Positions 44,468-54,931 are shown, counted from the stretch's first letter. The stretch: DNA of 64,000 nt from Rubrivivax sp. (GCA_016790395.1 JAEUPH010000122.1:271-64270); one strand, 5' to 3'. Notes: generated by a model not told the origin, from the letters alone. Program-made: numbers and translations.

Positions 44468-46843
44468 TCAGAGCCCGCGTTTGGCCTTGGTCAGCAGGGT
44501 CGCCACCTCGGTGGAGACCTGCGAGAACTTCGAGCCCGAGCCGATCAGCCGTTCGGCTTCGCTCAGCTGGCCGGCGTTGATCTTGCGCGCCACGTCCGCG
44601 GCGGCCTGGTGGAACTCGGCATGCTTGCCCAGCAGCTCGACGAAGGTCGGCCGCCCGCCCCACTGGGCGCCGCCCGGGCCGTGGATCCAGCGCCCGAGGG
44701 GGCACTGGTCGTCGCGGCAGATCGTGTCGGCGTCGAGCTTCTCCTGCTCGGCGATGGCCTTGCGCAGCTTCACCTTCCACTGGCGGTGCGCCTCGATGGC
44801 GCTGTTGAAGTCAAAGCCGTCGACGGCCACCGGCGCCGCGACCGCCGCCTTGCCTTCGCCTTCGGGCAGCTTGAAGCGTTGCACTTCGCCGGCCAGGCCC
44901 GAGGCCTGGTCCTTCATCGACGATGCGGCAGCGGCGGTCTGCTCCACCAGCGCGGCGTTCTGCTGCGTCATGCGGTCGAGTTCCTGCACCGCCTGGCCGA
45001 TCTGGCCCACGCCCAGGCTCTGCTCGCGGGCGCCGGTGGAGATCTCGCTCAGCAGCTGGCTGACGCGCTGCGAGGAGTCGATGATCTCGTCGATCGTCGA
45101 CTCCGCATTGCGCACCTTGCCGGTCCCGTCGACGACCTGGCTGACGCTGGCGCTGATCAGCGTCTTCACCTGCTTGGCGGCCTCGGCGCTGCGCTGGGCC
45201 AGTGAACGCACCTCGGAGGCCACCACCGCGAAGCCGCGGCCCTGCTCGCCGGCCCGCGCGGCTTCCACCGCGGCGTTGAGCGCCAGGATGTTGGTCTGGA
45301 AGGCGATGCCGTCGATGGTGCCGATGATCTCGCCGATCTTGTCCGACGAGGCGCGGATCTCGTCCATCGTGGCGACGACCTCGCGCATGGCGTTGCCGCC
45401 CTGGGTGGCGACCTCGGCGTTGTGCTGCGCCACGCGCGCCGCCTCCACCGTGTGCTCGGAGGTGACCCGGATGGTGGCGGTGATCTGCTCCATGGAGGCG
45501 GCCGACTCCTGCAGGTTGGCTGCCGCCTGCTCGGTGCGCGCCGAGAGGTCCATCGCGCCGCTGGCGATCTCGCTGCTGGAGTGCACGATCTCGTCGCTGG
45601 ACTGGCGCACCAGCGCCACCATGCCGCGCAGCGAGTCCTGCATCGCCCGCAGGTCGAGCATCAGCTGTGCCGCCTCGTCGCTGCCCCAGGGCTTGGGTGC
45701 GGTCGTGAGGTTGCCGGTGGTGATTTCCTTCAGGTGGCCCGAGACCTCCTGCAGGCCTCCCATCATGACGCGGTAGAACGCGAACATCAGGTAGGCGGCC
45801 ACCGCCACGAAGAGGGCGGCGAAGGCCAGCTGTTCGGCGAACAGCGTCTTCAGGTGCAGCACGCGCGCCGCCAGCCGCTCGTCCAGCCGCTTCGCGACCT
45901 GGGTCGTCAGCGCCGCCTGCTTGCTCACGGCGGCCTCGCCCAGGGCCAGGAAGTCGGCGGCTTCGCCGCTGGGGTCGGCGCCGAAGATCTGCCGGGCCAC
46001 GGCGCCATTGAAGGCGGCGGAGGCGTCGTCGGTGCCCTTCATGTCGAAGTGCCGTGCCAGCTCGGGAAAGCGCTCGATGCCTTCCTGGTACGAGTTCTCG
46101 ACGTCCTTGTCCAGGTGCGCCTGCACGGCGGCGGCGCCGTGGATCCAGTCGCGGCGGCGCGGCGTGATCTCCCGGCTCTTGAAGGCCAGCGCGCCCAGGG
46201 CCGCCAGCTTGGCGGTGTTCTCGGTCTGCAGCGGGCCGCGCAGTAGCGACATGTTCATCATGTGGAAGGTGTCGATCTCCGGGTCCAGCATCAGCTGCGA
46301 GCCGTCGGCGATCTCACGCACCAGGTCCAGCGCCGCCTCGAGATAGGCGCCGTGCTGCTCGAAGGTGTCGTCCGGGCTGGCGCCGACGGGCTGCTGCATC
46401 AGGCTTTCGTGGGCCTTCGCCAGCCGGTCGTAGGCTTCCTCGACGGCGAAGACCTTGCCCAGTTCGGCCTGCTTCAGCCGCAGCTTCTCGAACGCGGCCT
46501 TCACGGCCTCCTGGCGGCCGGCGAGTTCGGGCCCCTGCTCCAGCGCGGCGCGGCGCCGCTGCTGTGCCGCCTGCACGAGTTCCAGCACGGGCTGGGCGTA
46601 GGTCAGGCCCAGCTGCTCGGATTCGGCGAAGCGCACCTGGTCGCGCGCGCTGCCCCACAGGAAGAACAGCATCACGCCCAGCGGGACGAGGAAGGTGCCG
46701 GCCACCCAGGCCGACTTGGCGGGAAAGCTCAGCCGTCTCAGCAGCCGAACGCCGGGTGCCAGCCAGCCGTGGTAGCGGAAGAAGTTCCCGAAGCCGGAAT
46801 CGTCGTCCTGGGCTCGGGGCATCGGTTGCGTCAGTGTGGCCAT
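44468..46843 (-). CDS. Methyl-accepting chemotaxis protein with C-terminal CZB domain
   Basis: IAFQTNILALNAAVEAARAGEQGRGFAVVA, two TM segments, and C-terminal AHRQW...CPLGRW...HAEFH. Confidence 0.92.
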   Translation of the reverse strand: MATLTQPMPRAQDDDSGFGNFFRYHGWLAPGVRLLRRLSFPAKSAWVAGTFLVPLGVMLFFLWGSARDQVRFAESEQLGLTYAQPVLELVQAAQQRRRAALEQGPELAGRQEAVKAAFEKLRLKQAELGKVFAVEEAYDRLAKAHESLMQQPVGASPDDTFEQHGAYLEAALDLVREIADGSQLMLDPEIDTFHMMNMSLLRGPLQTENTAKLAALGALAFKSREITPRRRDWIHGAAAVQAHLDKDVENSYQEGIERFPELARHFDMKGTDDASAAFNGAVARQIFGADPSGEAADFLALGEAAVSKQAALTTQVAKRLDERLAARVLHLKTLFAEQLAFAALFVAVAAYLMFAFYRVMMGGLQEVSGHLKEITTGNLTTAPKPWGSDEAAQLMLDLRAMQDSLRGMVALVRQSSDEIVHSSSEIASGAMDLSARTEQAAANLQESAASMEQITATIRVTSEHTVEAARVAQHNAEVATQGGNAMREVVATMDEIRASSDKIGEIIGTIDGIAFQTNILALNAAVEAARAGEQGRGFAVVASEVRSLAQRSAEAAKQVKTLISASVSQVVDGTGKVRNAESTIDEIIDSSQRVSQLLSEISTGAREQSLGVGQIGQAVQELDRMTQQNAALVEQTAAAASSMKDQASGLAGEVQRFKLPEGEGKAAVAAPVAVDGFDFNSAIEAHRQWKVKLRKAIAEQEKLDADTICRDDQCPLGRWIHGPGGAQWGGRPTFVELLGKHAEFHQAAADVARKINAGQLSEAERLIGSGSKFSQVSTEVATLLTKAKRGL

Positions 46844-46969
46844 CGCTTGGGGTGCAAAGCTGAAATCTGCCCGCCGCACACGCCCGGGATCGGGCGGGAG
46901 ACGGGTCCACCCGTCTTTTCGGCAGCGCGCGCACCAACATGAGGCGGGTGCGGCCCCTCAGAATTCACG

Positions 46970-48655
46970 CTAGGCCGGGTCGCGCAGGGCCCGCCGCAGT
47001 ACTTTCCCGACAGCGCTGCGCGGCAGGGCGTCGCGGAACTCCACCTGGCGCGGGCGCTTGTAGCCGGTGAGGTGCCGCTCACACCACAGCCGCACGTCGG
47101 CCTCGGTGGGGCCGGCGCCGGCGCCGATGCGGCGCACCACCACCACCTTCACGGCCTCGCCCACGCGCTCGTCGGGCACGCCCACGGCGGCGCACTCCAG
47201 CACGCCGGGCATCTGGCCCAGCACGTCCTCCACCTCGCCGGGGAAGACATTGAAGCCGCTGACGAAGATCAGGTCCTTCTTGCGGTCCACCAGGCGCAGG
47301 CGGCCCTGCGCGTCGAACTGCGCGATGTCGCCGGTCCGCAGCCAGCCGCCCGGCGCGGTGACGCGGGCGGTCTCGTCGGGCCGCTGCCAGTAGCCGGCCA
47401 TCACCTGCGGGCCGCGCACGGCCAGCTCGCCGCGCTCTCCCACGGCCACAGGCCGGCCTTCGTCGTCGAGCAGGGCGATGTCGGTGCCGGGCAGCGGCCA
47501 GCCGATGCTGCCGTCGAAGGCGTCCAGGTCCACCGGGTTGCAGGTGACGCAGGGGCTGGCCTCGGTGAGGCCGTAGCCTTCGCACACGGGGCGGCCGGTG
47601 AGCGCGGCCCAGGTGCGCGCCGTGCCCGGCCGCACCGCGCCGCCGCCGCCCAGGGCCAGGCGCAGCGGGCTCCAGTCCACGCGCGTGGCGTCGGGGTGGG
47701 CCGTGATGGCGGCGAACAGCGGGTCGACGGCCGGGAAGCAGTGGAAGCGCTGGCCGGCCAGGGTCTTCAGCAGGGCCCCGGTGTCGCTGGCGTCGGGCAC
47801 CAGCAGCACCAGCCCGCCGACGCGCCAGGGCAGCAGCAGGGTCACCGTGAAGCCGAAGATGTGGTGCAGCGGCAGCGCGCCCACCGTCACCCAGGGCTCG
47901 CCGGCCGGCAGCCGCGCCAGGGCCGGCCCCATCCAGGCTTCGCACTGCAGCACGTTGGCCACCAGGTGGCGGTGCAGCAGCACCGCGCCCTTGGGCGTGC
48001 CGGTGGTGCCGCCGGTGAAGGGCAGCAGGGCGATGTCGTCGGGCGAGACCGCGGGCAGGTCCTGCGGCAGCTTGCGGCCCCGCGCGAGCGCGTCGGCGAA
48101 GCGCACGGCGCCCGGCAAGCCGTCGCCAGCGGCGGGCTGCTTGCGCACCCGGCGCACCACGTGGTTGACCAGCGCGCCGTGCAGCGGGCCGAGCAGGTCG
48201 CCCAGGCGGGCCACCACCACGTGCAGGGGCGGCAGCGCCTCCAGCACGTCGTCGAGCGTGGCGGCGGCGCCTTCGGACACCACCACGGCGCGGGCGCCGG
48301 CGTCCTTCAGGCGCTGCGTCAGCTCGCGCGCGGCAAGCTGCGGGTCCACGGCCACCAGCACCAGGCCGGCGCGCAGCACGGCAGCCACCGTCACCGGCAG
48401 CTGTGGCACGTTGGGCAGCAGCATGGCCACGCGGTCGCCTCGCGCCAGGCCCTGCGCGCGCAGCCACGCGGCCAGCGCGCGCGAGTGCTCGTCGAGCTCG
48501 GCGTAGGTGAGGGTGCGGCCCAGGCAACGGTAAGCCGGCCGCTCCGGCCAGCGGCGCGCCGCGTCCTCGATCAAGGCTGGCAGCGTCGGCGGCCCCTCGG
48601 GGGGCACTTCCGGCGCAACGCCCGCCGGGTAGTGCCTGAGCCAGTGCTTCTCCAT
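46970..48655 (-). CDS. AMP-binding acyl-CoA ligase (FadD-like)
   Basis: TGGTTGTPKG, EGYGLTE, RTGDI, DRKKDLIFVSGFNV and GKVLRR. Confidence 0.9.
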   Translation of the reverse strand: MEKHWLRHYPAGVAPEVPPEGPPTLPALIEDAARRWPERPAYRCLGRTLTYAELDEHSRALAAWLRAQGLARGDRVAMLLPNVPQLPVTVAAVLRAGLVLVAVDPQLAARELTQRLKDAGARAVVVSEGAAATLDDVLEALPPLHVVVARLGDLLGPLHGALVNHVVRRVRKQPAAGDGLPGAVRFADALARGRKLPQDLPAVSPDDIALLPFTGGTTGTPKGAVLLHRHLVANVLQCEAWMGPALARLPAGEPWVTVGALPLHHIFGFTVTLLLPWRVGGLVLLVPDASDTGALLKTLAGQRFHCFPAVDPLFAAITAHPDATRVDWSPLRLALGGGGAVRPGTARTWAALTGRPVCEGYGLTEASPCVTCNPVDLDAFDGSIGWPLPGTDIALLDDEGRPVAVGERGELAVRGPQVMAGYWQRPDETARVTAPGGWLRTGDIAQFDAQGRLRLVDRKKDLIFVSGFNVFPGEVEDVLGQMPGVLECAAVGVPDERVGEAVKVVVVRRIGAGAGPTEADVRLWCERHLTGYKRPRQVEFRDALPRSAVGKVLRRALRDPA

Positions 48656-48820
48656 CGCGGCCTTCGTCCGTGCCGGTGGGGCACCGGCGGGCGATTCTGT
48701 GCCCCGGCTTCGCCGGGGGTCATCAGGGGATTCGATAGCGAACTCGCTCACGCGGGGCCTGGCCCCTCGGCCCCGGGGGTGGGCGTGCGCGGCCGGGGTG
48801 CGGCCGTAGACTGGATCCCC

Positions 48821-51532
48821 GTGAAACCACCCCCATCGCCGGCCGGGCCGCGCTGGCAGGTCCGGCTGCTGGGCGGCGTCGAAGCCGACAGCGCTGCGCA
48901 GCACCTGGGACGCTTCCCTTCGCGGGCGGTGGCCGCGCTGCTGGCCCGCCTGGCCATGGCGCCCGGCCGCGACCACGCCCGGGAAGAGCTGGTGGAACTG
49001 CTGTGGCCCGGGGTGGCCCTGGACATCGGCCGCAACCGGCTGCGCCAGGCGCTCTCGACGCTGAAGAGTCTGCTGGAGACACCGGGCGGCGGTGCCGTGC
49101 TGCAGGCCGACCGCCTGGTGGTGCGCGTGGCGCCGGGCGCGCTGGGCTGCGACGTGCTGGCCTTCGAACTGGCGGTGCGCGCGGGCCGTGGCGACGAAGC
49201 GCGTGCGCTCTACCGCGGCGAGCTGATGCCCGGCTTCTACGACGAGTGGATCGATGCCGAACGCCTGCGCCTGCAGGCGCTGCACGAGCGGCTGCAGGCG
49301 GCGACGCCGACCGAGCCCAGCGCCCCACCGGCGGTGCTTGCCCCACGGCCGGCCGCCGCGGTCGCACCGCTGCCCGGCTACCTGACCCGCCTCTTCGGCG
49401 CCGGGCCGGCCGCCGCGCGGCTTCGCGCAGTGCTGCCGGGTGCACGGCTGGTGACCTTGCTGGGGCCGGGCGGCAGCGGCAAGACGCGCCTGGCGGTGGC
49501 CGTGGCGCAGTCGCTGCTGGACGACCCGGCCTTCGACCGCGTGCTCTTCGTGCCGCTGGTGGCCTGCGACGACGAGGCCACGCTGCGCGAGGCCCTGGCG
49601 CGTGCCCTGCAGCTGCACGGCGGCGACGCGGCCAGCGCGGCGCTGGTGGCGGCGCTGGCGGGCGCGCGCACGCTGCTGGTGCTGGACAACTTCGAGCAGC
49701 TCGTCGGCCCCGGCGAAGCCCTGGTGGCCGAACTGCTGGCGCGCTTGCCGGCACTGCACGTGCTGGCGACCTCGCGCCGCGCGCTCGGGCTGGACGGCGA
49801 GCAGGTGCTGGCCGCCGAGCCGCTGCCGCTGCCCGAGGCCGACGCCCCGCTGTCCGCCGCGGCCGGCAACCCGGCGGTGGCGCTGTTCGTCGACCGCGCG
49901 CGCGCCGCCCGCGCCGATTTCCACCTGCACGAGCGCAACCGCGGTGCCGTGGTGGCGCTGGTGCGGGCGCTGCAGGGCTTGCCGCTGGCCATCGAGCTGG
50001 CGGCCTCTCGCGTGCGCAGCGTGCCGCCGGCCGAGATGGCGTCGATGCTGGCCGCCGGCGGGGGCTCGGCCCATCTGGCGCTGCTGTCGCGCGGCGGGCC
50101 GCGCGCCGGCGCCGACCCTCGCCATGCGTCGATGGCCCAGGTCATCGCCTGGAGCTGGCGGCTGTTGGATGCCGAGGCGCAGCGTGCGCTGGCGGCCGTG
50201 GCGCTGTTCCCGGCCGATGCCCCGGCGGCGGCGCTGGCGGTGATGCTTCAGCGACCGCTGGCCGCCACGGCGGCGTGCCTGGACGATCTGGTCGGCCACT
50301 CACTGCTGCGGGCGGTGGAGGCGCCGGGCGGTCTGCGCTTTGCCCTGCAGGAGCCGCTGCGCGAGTTCGTGCACGACGCCACCGCTCCGGCCACGCGGGA
50401 TGCCTTGCGCGCCGGCCTGCGCGCCGGGCTGCTGGCCTGGGCGCAGGCGCTGCCGGCGGTGCCGCGCCTGGCCGACGTGGCCGCCGAACTGCCGGCGGTG
50501 CACCGCGTGCTGGCCGAGGCGGCGGCGGCCCCGGACGAGGCCTTCGCGCTGCTGGTGGCGCTGCGCAAGTACTGGGAGTCGGACAGCCTGCCCGAGCGCG
50601 TGCTGGCAGCGCTGGAAGCAGCGCTGCCGCCGCAGCCCGACGCCGACGTGCTGGACGTCCTGGCCCACCTGCGCACCGCGGCCGGTGACGGGCCGCGTGC
50701 GCGCGCGCACGCGGCGGCCGGCCTGGCCGCCGCCGGCACCGAGCCTGGCCGCCGCGCCCGCGCGCTGCTGCGCCGCGTGTGGTGCGAGGTCGCCTTCGGT
50801 CATGTGGACGACCGCCGGACGCCGGTGTTCCGTGCCCTGCTCGACGACATCCGGCAGTCGCTGACCCTGGCGCGGTCGGCCGCCGACCGCGACACCCAGG
50901 CTCGTGCCCTGCAGTACGAGGCCGTGCTGTGGTGCAACGTGCACCTGTCCTCGCCGGACGCCGACCTGGAGCGCGCCGAGATGTTGTTCGCGCAGGCCGA
51001 GGCGCTGTGGCTCGAACTCGGCGACGCGCGGCGCGCGCGCGACCGCCAGCGCAACCGCGCGCAGTGCCGCGCCTGGCAGGGCCGGCGGACCGAAGCGCTG
51101 GCCGTCTATCAGCGCCTGGAGGCCGAGGCGCTGGCCGAGGGCGACTGGGTGGGCCAGATGGACAACCAGGTGTCGCAATGCGCGCTGCTGTGCGAGTTGC
51201 GGCGCTGGCCCGAGGCGTTGGAGGCCTGCCGGCGCACGCTGCGCATCGCCCACGGGCGCTGGCACCTGCACGCCCTGGCCTATGCGCTGTGGAACATCGC
51301 GCGGCCGCTCGCGCGCCTGCACCAGCCAGTGACCGCGCTGCGCCTGATGGCCTTCGCCGAACGCTTCTGGACGGAACGCATGGGCCCGCTGCGCGAGGAC
51401 GACCAGCGCTACCTGCGCATCGTGCGGCGGCTGGCCCGGGCCCAGCTCGGCGTGGCCGGGCTGGTAGAACCCTGGCGCGCGGGCCGCGCGCTGTCGCTGG
51501 GCGAGGCGGTGGCCGAGGCCCTGGGGGCGTGA
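48821..51532 (+). CDS. AfsR/SARP-like regulator 1: wHTH, short BTAD, NB-ARC-type STAND ATPase, TPR-like region
   Basis: REELVELLWP...RNRLRQAL, LYRGELMPG..DEW, Walker A GPGGSGKT, Walker B LLVLDNFE and GLPLAIELAA. Confidence 0.85.
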   Translation: MKPPPSPAGPRWQVRLLGGVEADSAAQHLGRFPSRAVAALLARLAMAPGRDHAREELVELLWPGVALDIGRNRLRQALSTLKSLLETPGGGAVLQADRLVVRVAPGALGCDVLAFELAVRAGRGDEARALYRGELMPGFYDEWIDAERLRLQALHERLQAATPTEPSAPPAVLAPRPAAAVAPLPGYLTRLFGAGPAAARLRAVLPGARLVTLLGPGGSGKTRLAVAVAQSLLDDPAFDRVLFVPLVACDDEATLREALARALQLHGGDAASAALVAALAGARTLLVLDNFEQLVGPGEALVAELLARLPALHVLATSRRALGLDGEQVLAAEPLPLPEADAPLSAAAGNPAVALFVDRARAARADFHLHERNRGAVVALVRALQGLPLAIELAASRVRSVPPAEMASMLAAGGGSAHLALLSRGGPRAGADPRHASMAQVIAWSWRLLDAEAQRALAAVALFPADAPAAALAVMLQRPLAATAACLDDLVGHSLLRAVEAPGGLRFALQEPLREFVHDATAPATRDALRAGLRAGLLAWAQALPAVPRLADVAAELPAVHRVLAEAAAAPDEAFALLVALRKYWESDSLPERVLAALEAALPPQPDADVLDVLAHLRTAAGDGPRARAHAAAGLAAAGTEPGRRARALLRRVWCEVAFGHVDDRRTPVFRALLDDIRQSLTLARSAADRDTQARALQYEAVLWCNVHLSSPDADLERAEMLFAQAEALWLELGDARRARDRQRNRAQCRAWQGRRTEALAVYQRLEAEALAEGDWVGQMDNQVSQCALLCELRRWPEALEACRRTLRIAHGRWHLHALAYALWNIARPLARLHQPVTALRLMAFAERFWTERMGPLREDDQRYLRIVRRLARAQLGVAGLVEPWRAGRALSLGEAVAEALGA

Positions 51533-51580
51533 ACCGCGTTTGCAGCTGCTTGCAACTTCCGCTGGCGGGCGGAGGCTGCC

Positions 51581-51613
51581 GCTAGCGTTGGCCTAGCGGG
51601 CGGCGCGCACAGT
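51581..51613 (+). promoter_or_regulatory. Candidate SARP box, class I (GCTAGCG-N4-CCTAGCG-N9-CACAGT)
   Basis: Heptamer direct repeat with 11-bp period upstream of 51654. Same geometry as 60641-60673. Confidence 0.6.
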
Positions 51614-51653
51614 GCGCTGACCCGGCCCGACGCGGCCCGATGCAGGAGCCCCG

Positions 51654-52265
51654 ATGAACCCCATGCCCGCCCTTGTCCGCCTCGTGTTGCTGCTGGCGCT
51701 GCCGCTCGGCGCCCAGGCGCAGAACTTCGATCTGATGATCCAGCAGCAGATGGCGGCCATGAACGCCAACCTCGCGCGCGGCCAGCAGCAGGTGAACCAG
51801 ATCGTGCAGCAGCGCATGCAGGACCCGGCCGTGAAGCAGGCCTGGCAGCGCTACCTGCAGCAGACCGGCGGCCGGCCGGCGATGGACTACCCCACCTTCA
51901 CCTACAACTACATCTACACCAACGGCTTCACGCCCCAGGGCGTGGCCCACGCCCGTGCCACGGAGTCCGGCAACCAGGCCGGCGAGCAGCGCGCCTGGCA
52001 GGGCCTGCAGCAGGCCCAGCAGCAGCGCGCCCAGGCGCAGCAGGGCCAGCGCGACAGCTTCTTCGCGAACCAGCAGGAGGCCGGCCGCCAGCTCCAGGGC
52101 AACAGCACCTACATCGCGCCGAACGGCCAGGCCCTGGTGCTGCCGCACACCTGGCAGCGCAACACCACCTACCAGCACCAGGGCGCGACCTACCACGTGG
52201 ACGGCAGCGGCCGCTACTACGTGCTGGCCGCCAACGGCTGGTGGTATCCCTTGGCATCACGGTGA
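51654..52265 (+). CDS. Secreted Gln-rich hypothetical protein
   Basis: SD AGGAG, signal peptide ending AQA, Gln-rich helices and an aromatic beta-rich C-terminus. Confidence 0.8.
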   Translation: MNPMPALVRLVLLLALPLGAQAQNFDLMIQQQMAAMNANLARGQQQVNQIVQQRMQDPAVKQAWQRYLQQTGGRPAMDYPTFTYNYIYTNGFTPQGVAHARATESGNQAGEQRAWQGLQQAQQQRAQAQQGQRDSFFANQQEAGRQLQGNSTYIAPNGQALVLPHTWQRNTTYQHQGATYHVDGSGRYYVLAANGWWYPLASR

Positions 52266-52328
52266 TTCCGGACGGCGCGGCCTAGCATCGCGGCAACGCG
52301 CCACGGCGCCCGCGCCAGGATTCCCGCC

Positions 52329-53471
52329 ATGACCCACCGCCCGCTCCTCGTCGCCGCCCTGCTGGGCACGCTGGTCACCGCCGCGCTGGCGCAGGCGCCT
52401 GCGGCGCCCGCCATGCCGCCCCTGCACGTGCAGCGCGTGGAGTTCATCGACCGCCAGGGCTTCGAGAAGCCCATGGTGGCCGCCACCATGATGGTGCCGG
52501 CCGGCTGGCGCACGCAGTCGGCGGTGCAGTGGCAGATCGGCTCGCAGTGTGCGCAAGGCCAGCACCTGCGCCTGCAGGCGACCGCGCCCGACGGGGCTTC
52601 GATGCTGGAACTGCTGCCCGGTGAGGCCTGGGGCCGCTCCAACTTCGGGCCGGTGAGCGACTGCCCGCAGGCCGGCTGGGCCGACGTTCGTGCCTACCTG
52701 GAAGCCTGGGTGCAGCGCCACCGGCCAGGGGCGCGCTGGCTGGACTTCCGCGCCCGGCCCGACCGATCTCAGCCCGAGTTCAGGAGCACGATGCCGGGCA
52801 ACGAGATGCGCATGAGCTTCGAGGCGGGTCAGGCCCTCATCGGCTACAGCGCCGGGGGGCGCGAGCTGCGCGAGACCCTGGCCACCGTCGTCGTCGTCAC
52901 GCATCAGAGCCTGGCCGGCCTGCAGCCCGGCACGAGCCTGCAGTCGATCACCGGGCGCTCGCTGGGCGTGCTGGCCCTGCGCGTGCCCGACGGCCAGCTC
53001 GACTTCCGCCGCTTCGACGCGCTGTGGTCGACGCTGCGTTCCGATCCGGCCTGGTCCGAGCGCATCCGCCGCGGCAACGCGCAGATGGCGGCGGAGAACC
53101 AGGCCACGCAGGCGGCCATCGGCCAGATCCAGGCCCAGACCTCGCGCGAGACACTGGCCGCGATGGCCCGGCGCGGCGAGATGGCGGCGCAGACGCGGGC
53201 CGAGATCGCCGCCATCAACAACGGCACCTGGCAGGCCGGGCAGGCCAGCCAGGACCGCCGCCACACGGAAGCCGTGCGCACCGTGCGCGAGGTGGAGGCC
53301 TGGCGCGACCCGCGCGGCGGCAACGCCGTGCTGGAGCTGCCGGGCCACTACCGGCACGCCTGGCAGCTGCGCGACGGCAGCTACGTGCTCACCGACGACG
53401 CGCAGTTCGACCCCGCTCGCACGCTGGGCCAGCCCGGCGTGGCGCTGTCGCGCGCCGAGCGCGGGCGCTGA
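52329..53471 (+). CDS. Secreted hypothetical protein
   Basis: Signal peptide ending ALA, VPAGWR, a coiled segment and QASQDR...DPRGG..ELPGHYRHAW. Confidence 0.8.
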   Translation: MTHRPLLVAALLGTLVTAALAQAPAAPAMPPLHVQRVEFIDRQGFEKPMVAATMMVPAGWRTQSAVQWQIGSQCAQGQHLRLQATAPDGASMLELLPGEAWGRSNFGPVSDCPQAGWADVRAYLEAWVQRHRPGARWLDFRARPDRSQPEFRSTMPGNEMRMSFEAGQALIGYSAGGRELRETLATVVVVTHQSLAGLQPGTSLQSITGRSLGVLALRVPDGQLDFRRFDALWSTLRSDPAWSERIRRGNAQMAAENQATQAAIGQIQAQTSRETLAAMARRGEMAAQTRAEIAAINNGTWQAGQASQDRRHTEAVRTVREVEAWRDPRGGNAVLELPGHYRHAWQLRDGSYVLTDDAQFDPARTLGQPGVALSRAERGR

Positions 53472-54803
53472 TCAGCGCGCGGCGGCGGCCCGCGTCGCGG
53501 GCTTCGCGGCCTTGATCGGCTGCTCCGGCTTCGCTGCCGGCGCGGCCTGGGCTGCGGGGGCACCGTCGCTGCCCAGTTCCACCAGCCAGGCCAGCGCCAG
53601 CCGGGTGAACTTCAGCGCGTGGTTGGCCGTGCCGCCGAAGGTGGCGATGGTGTCGTTCGTGGTGTGGATCTGGAAGTTGTAGGTGGCATCGCTGGCCTCG
53701 AAGGGGAAGCTCGTGATGAAGCCCTTGTTGTGCCAGGAGGCATGGTCGCTGCAGCCGTAGCCGCAGGCGTCGTAGCCCACGCTGTAGGTGGGCAGGTAGG
53801 CGCCCACCAGGTTGGCGACGAAGGCGTTCTGCGCCGCGTTGGTGTAGTCGGTGTAGATCCAGATGTCGGTGCTGTCGCCCTGGAAGGCGGTCATGTCCAG
53901 CTGCATCACGCCCACCACCAGGTCGCGCCGCGAGGCCTGTTGCGCCGCGATGGCCTGCGAGCCCCACAGCCCGACCTCTTCGGCCGCGTAGGCGATGAAG
54001 CGGATGTTGCGCTTGGGCACGTAGTTGCTGGCCATCAGCACGCGGATCACCTCCGTCAGGCCGGCCACGCCCGAGGCGTCGTCGTCGGCCCCCGGCGCGC
54101 GCATGGTCTCCACCGGGCCGCTGGCGATGCTGTCCAGGTGCGCGCCCAGGATCACCGTCTCGCCGGCGTTGCCGGTGCCGTAGATGGTGAACTCCACCGA
54201 CTTCTGCGCCCAGCTGTGCGTGATCTGGCGCACCTGGATGTCGCGCCGGTTGCCCGGGTTCAGCGCCTGCCACTGCGCGAACAGCCAGTTCGAAGCGTTC
54301 ACGCCGTGCGTGCTGTTGTAGCGGCGGTTCTGGAAGTTCGACAGCTGCTGGATGGTGGACAGGATGTTGCTGGCCTGCAGCTGCGGCATCAGCGTGTTGA
54401 CCAGCGCCTGGTTGTCGATGGCGTAGCTGGGGGCCAGCAGGCTGGCGGGCGCGCCGTCGATGCGCTGCAGCGTGGCCAGCGCCTCGGCCATCGACTCGTG
54501 GCGCGCAAAGCCGCCGCACTTGCGCAGTTCGCGGTGCACGGCAAAGGAGAGCGTGGGCAGCATCTCCTCGTCGATCTCCACCGCGTGCACGGTCTCGGTG
54601 GCCGCCTTCAGCGCCGCGGCGCCGCGTTGCACCGGCACCGTCACGGCCACCTCGCGGCTGGCCAGCGTGCGCGCCGCCGGCGCGGCCTTCAGCAGCACGG
54701 CGTGGGCGCGTTCGCCGATGGTGATCCAGGTGGGCGCGGCGGCGGCGCCGGCTGCGGTGAACAGGGCCGCGGCGGCCAGCGAGCAGGACAGGGTCAGCTT
54801 CAT
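53472..54803 (-). CDS. Secreted M28 zinc aminopeptidase (Vibrio leucyl aminopeptidase-like) with propeptide
   Basis: GAHLDS, PGADDDASG, AAEEVGL, QLDM, ACGYGCSDHASW and IHTTND. Confidence 0.92.
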   Translation of the reverse strand: MKLTLSCSLAAAALFTAAGAAAAPTWITIGERAHAVLLKAAPAARTLASREVAVTVPVQRGAAALKAATETVHAVEIDEEMLPTLSFAVHRELRKCGGFARHESMAEALATLQRIDGAPASLLAPSYAIDNQALVNTLMPQLQASNILSTIQQLSNFQNRRYNSTHGVNASNWLFAQWQALNPGNRRDIQVRQITHSWAQKSVEFTIYGTGNAGETVILGAHLDSIASGPVETMRAPGADDDASGVAGLTEVIRVLMASNYVPKRNIRFIAYAAEEVGLWGSQAIAAQQASRRDLVVGVMQLDMTAFQGDSTDIWIYTDYTNAAQNAFVANLVGAYLPTYSVGYDACGYGCSDHASWHNKGFITSFPFEASDATYNFQIHTTNDTIATFGGTANHALKFTRLALAWLVELGSDGAPAAQAAPAAKPEQPIKAAKPATRAAAAR

Positions 54804-54931
54804 GTCGAAGGGTTTCCGTCGAAGGCGGCCCGGGTAGGGCCTGGAAGCCGGATTGTGGGTGCCGCGGCGCCATGCGGGGGCGCCGCGGCCCGCACGAATG
54901 CGGGGGGGTGGCAGGCCGGCCGGCCCGGCGC

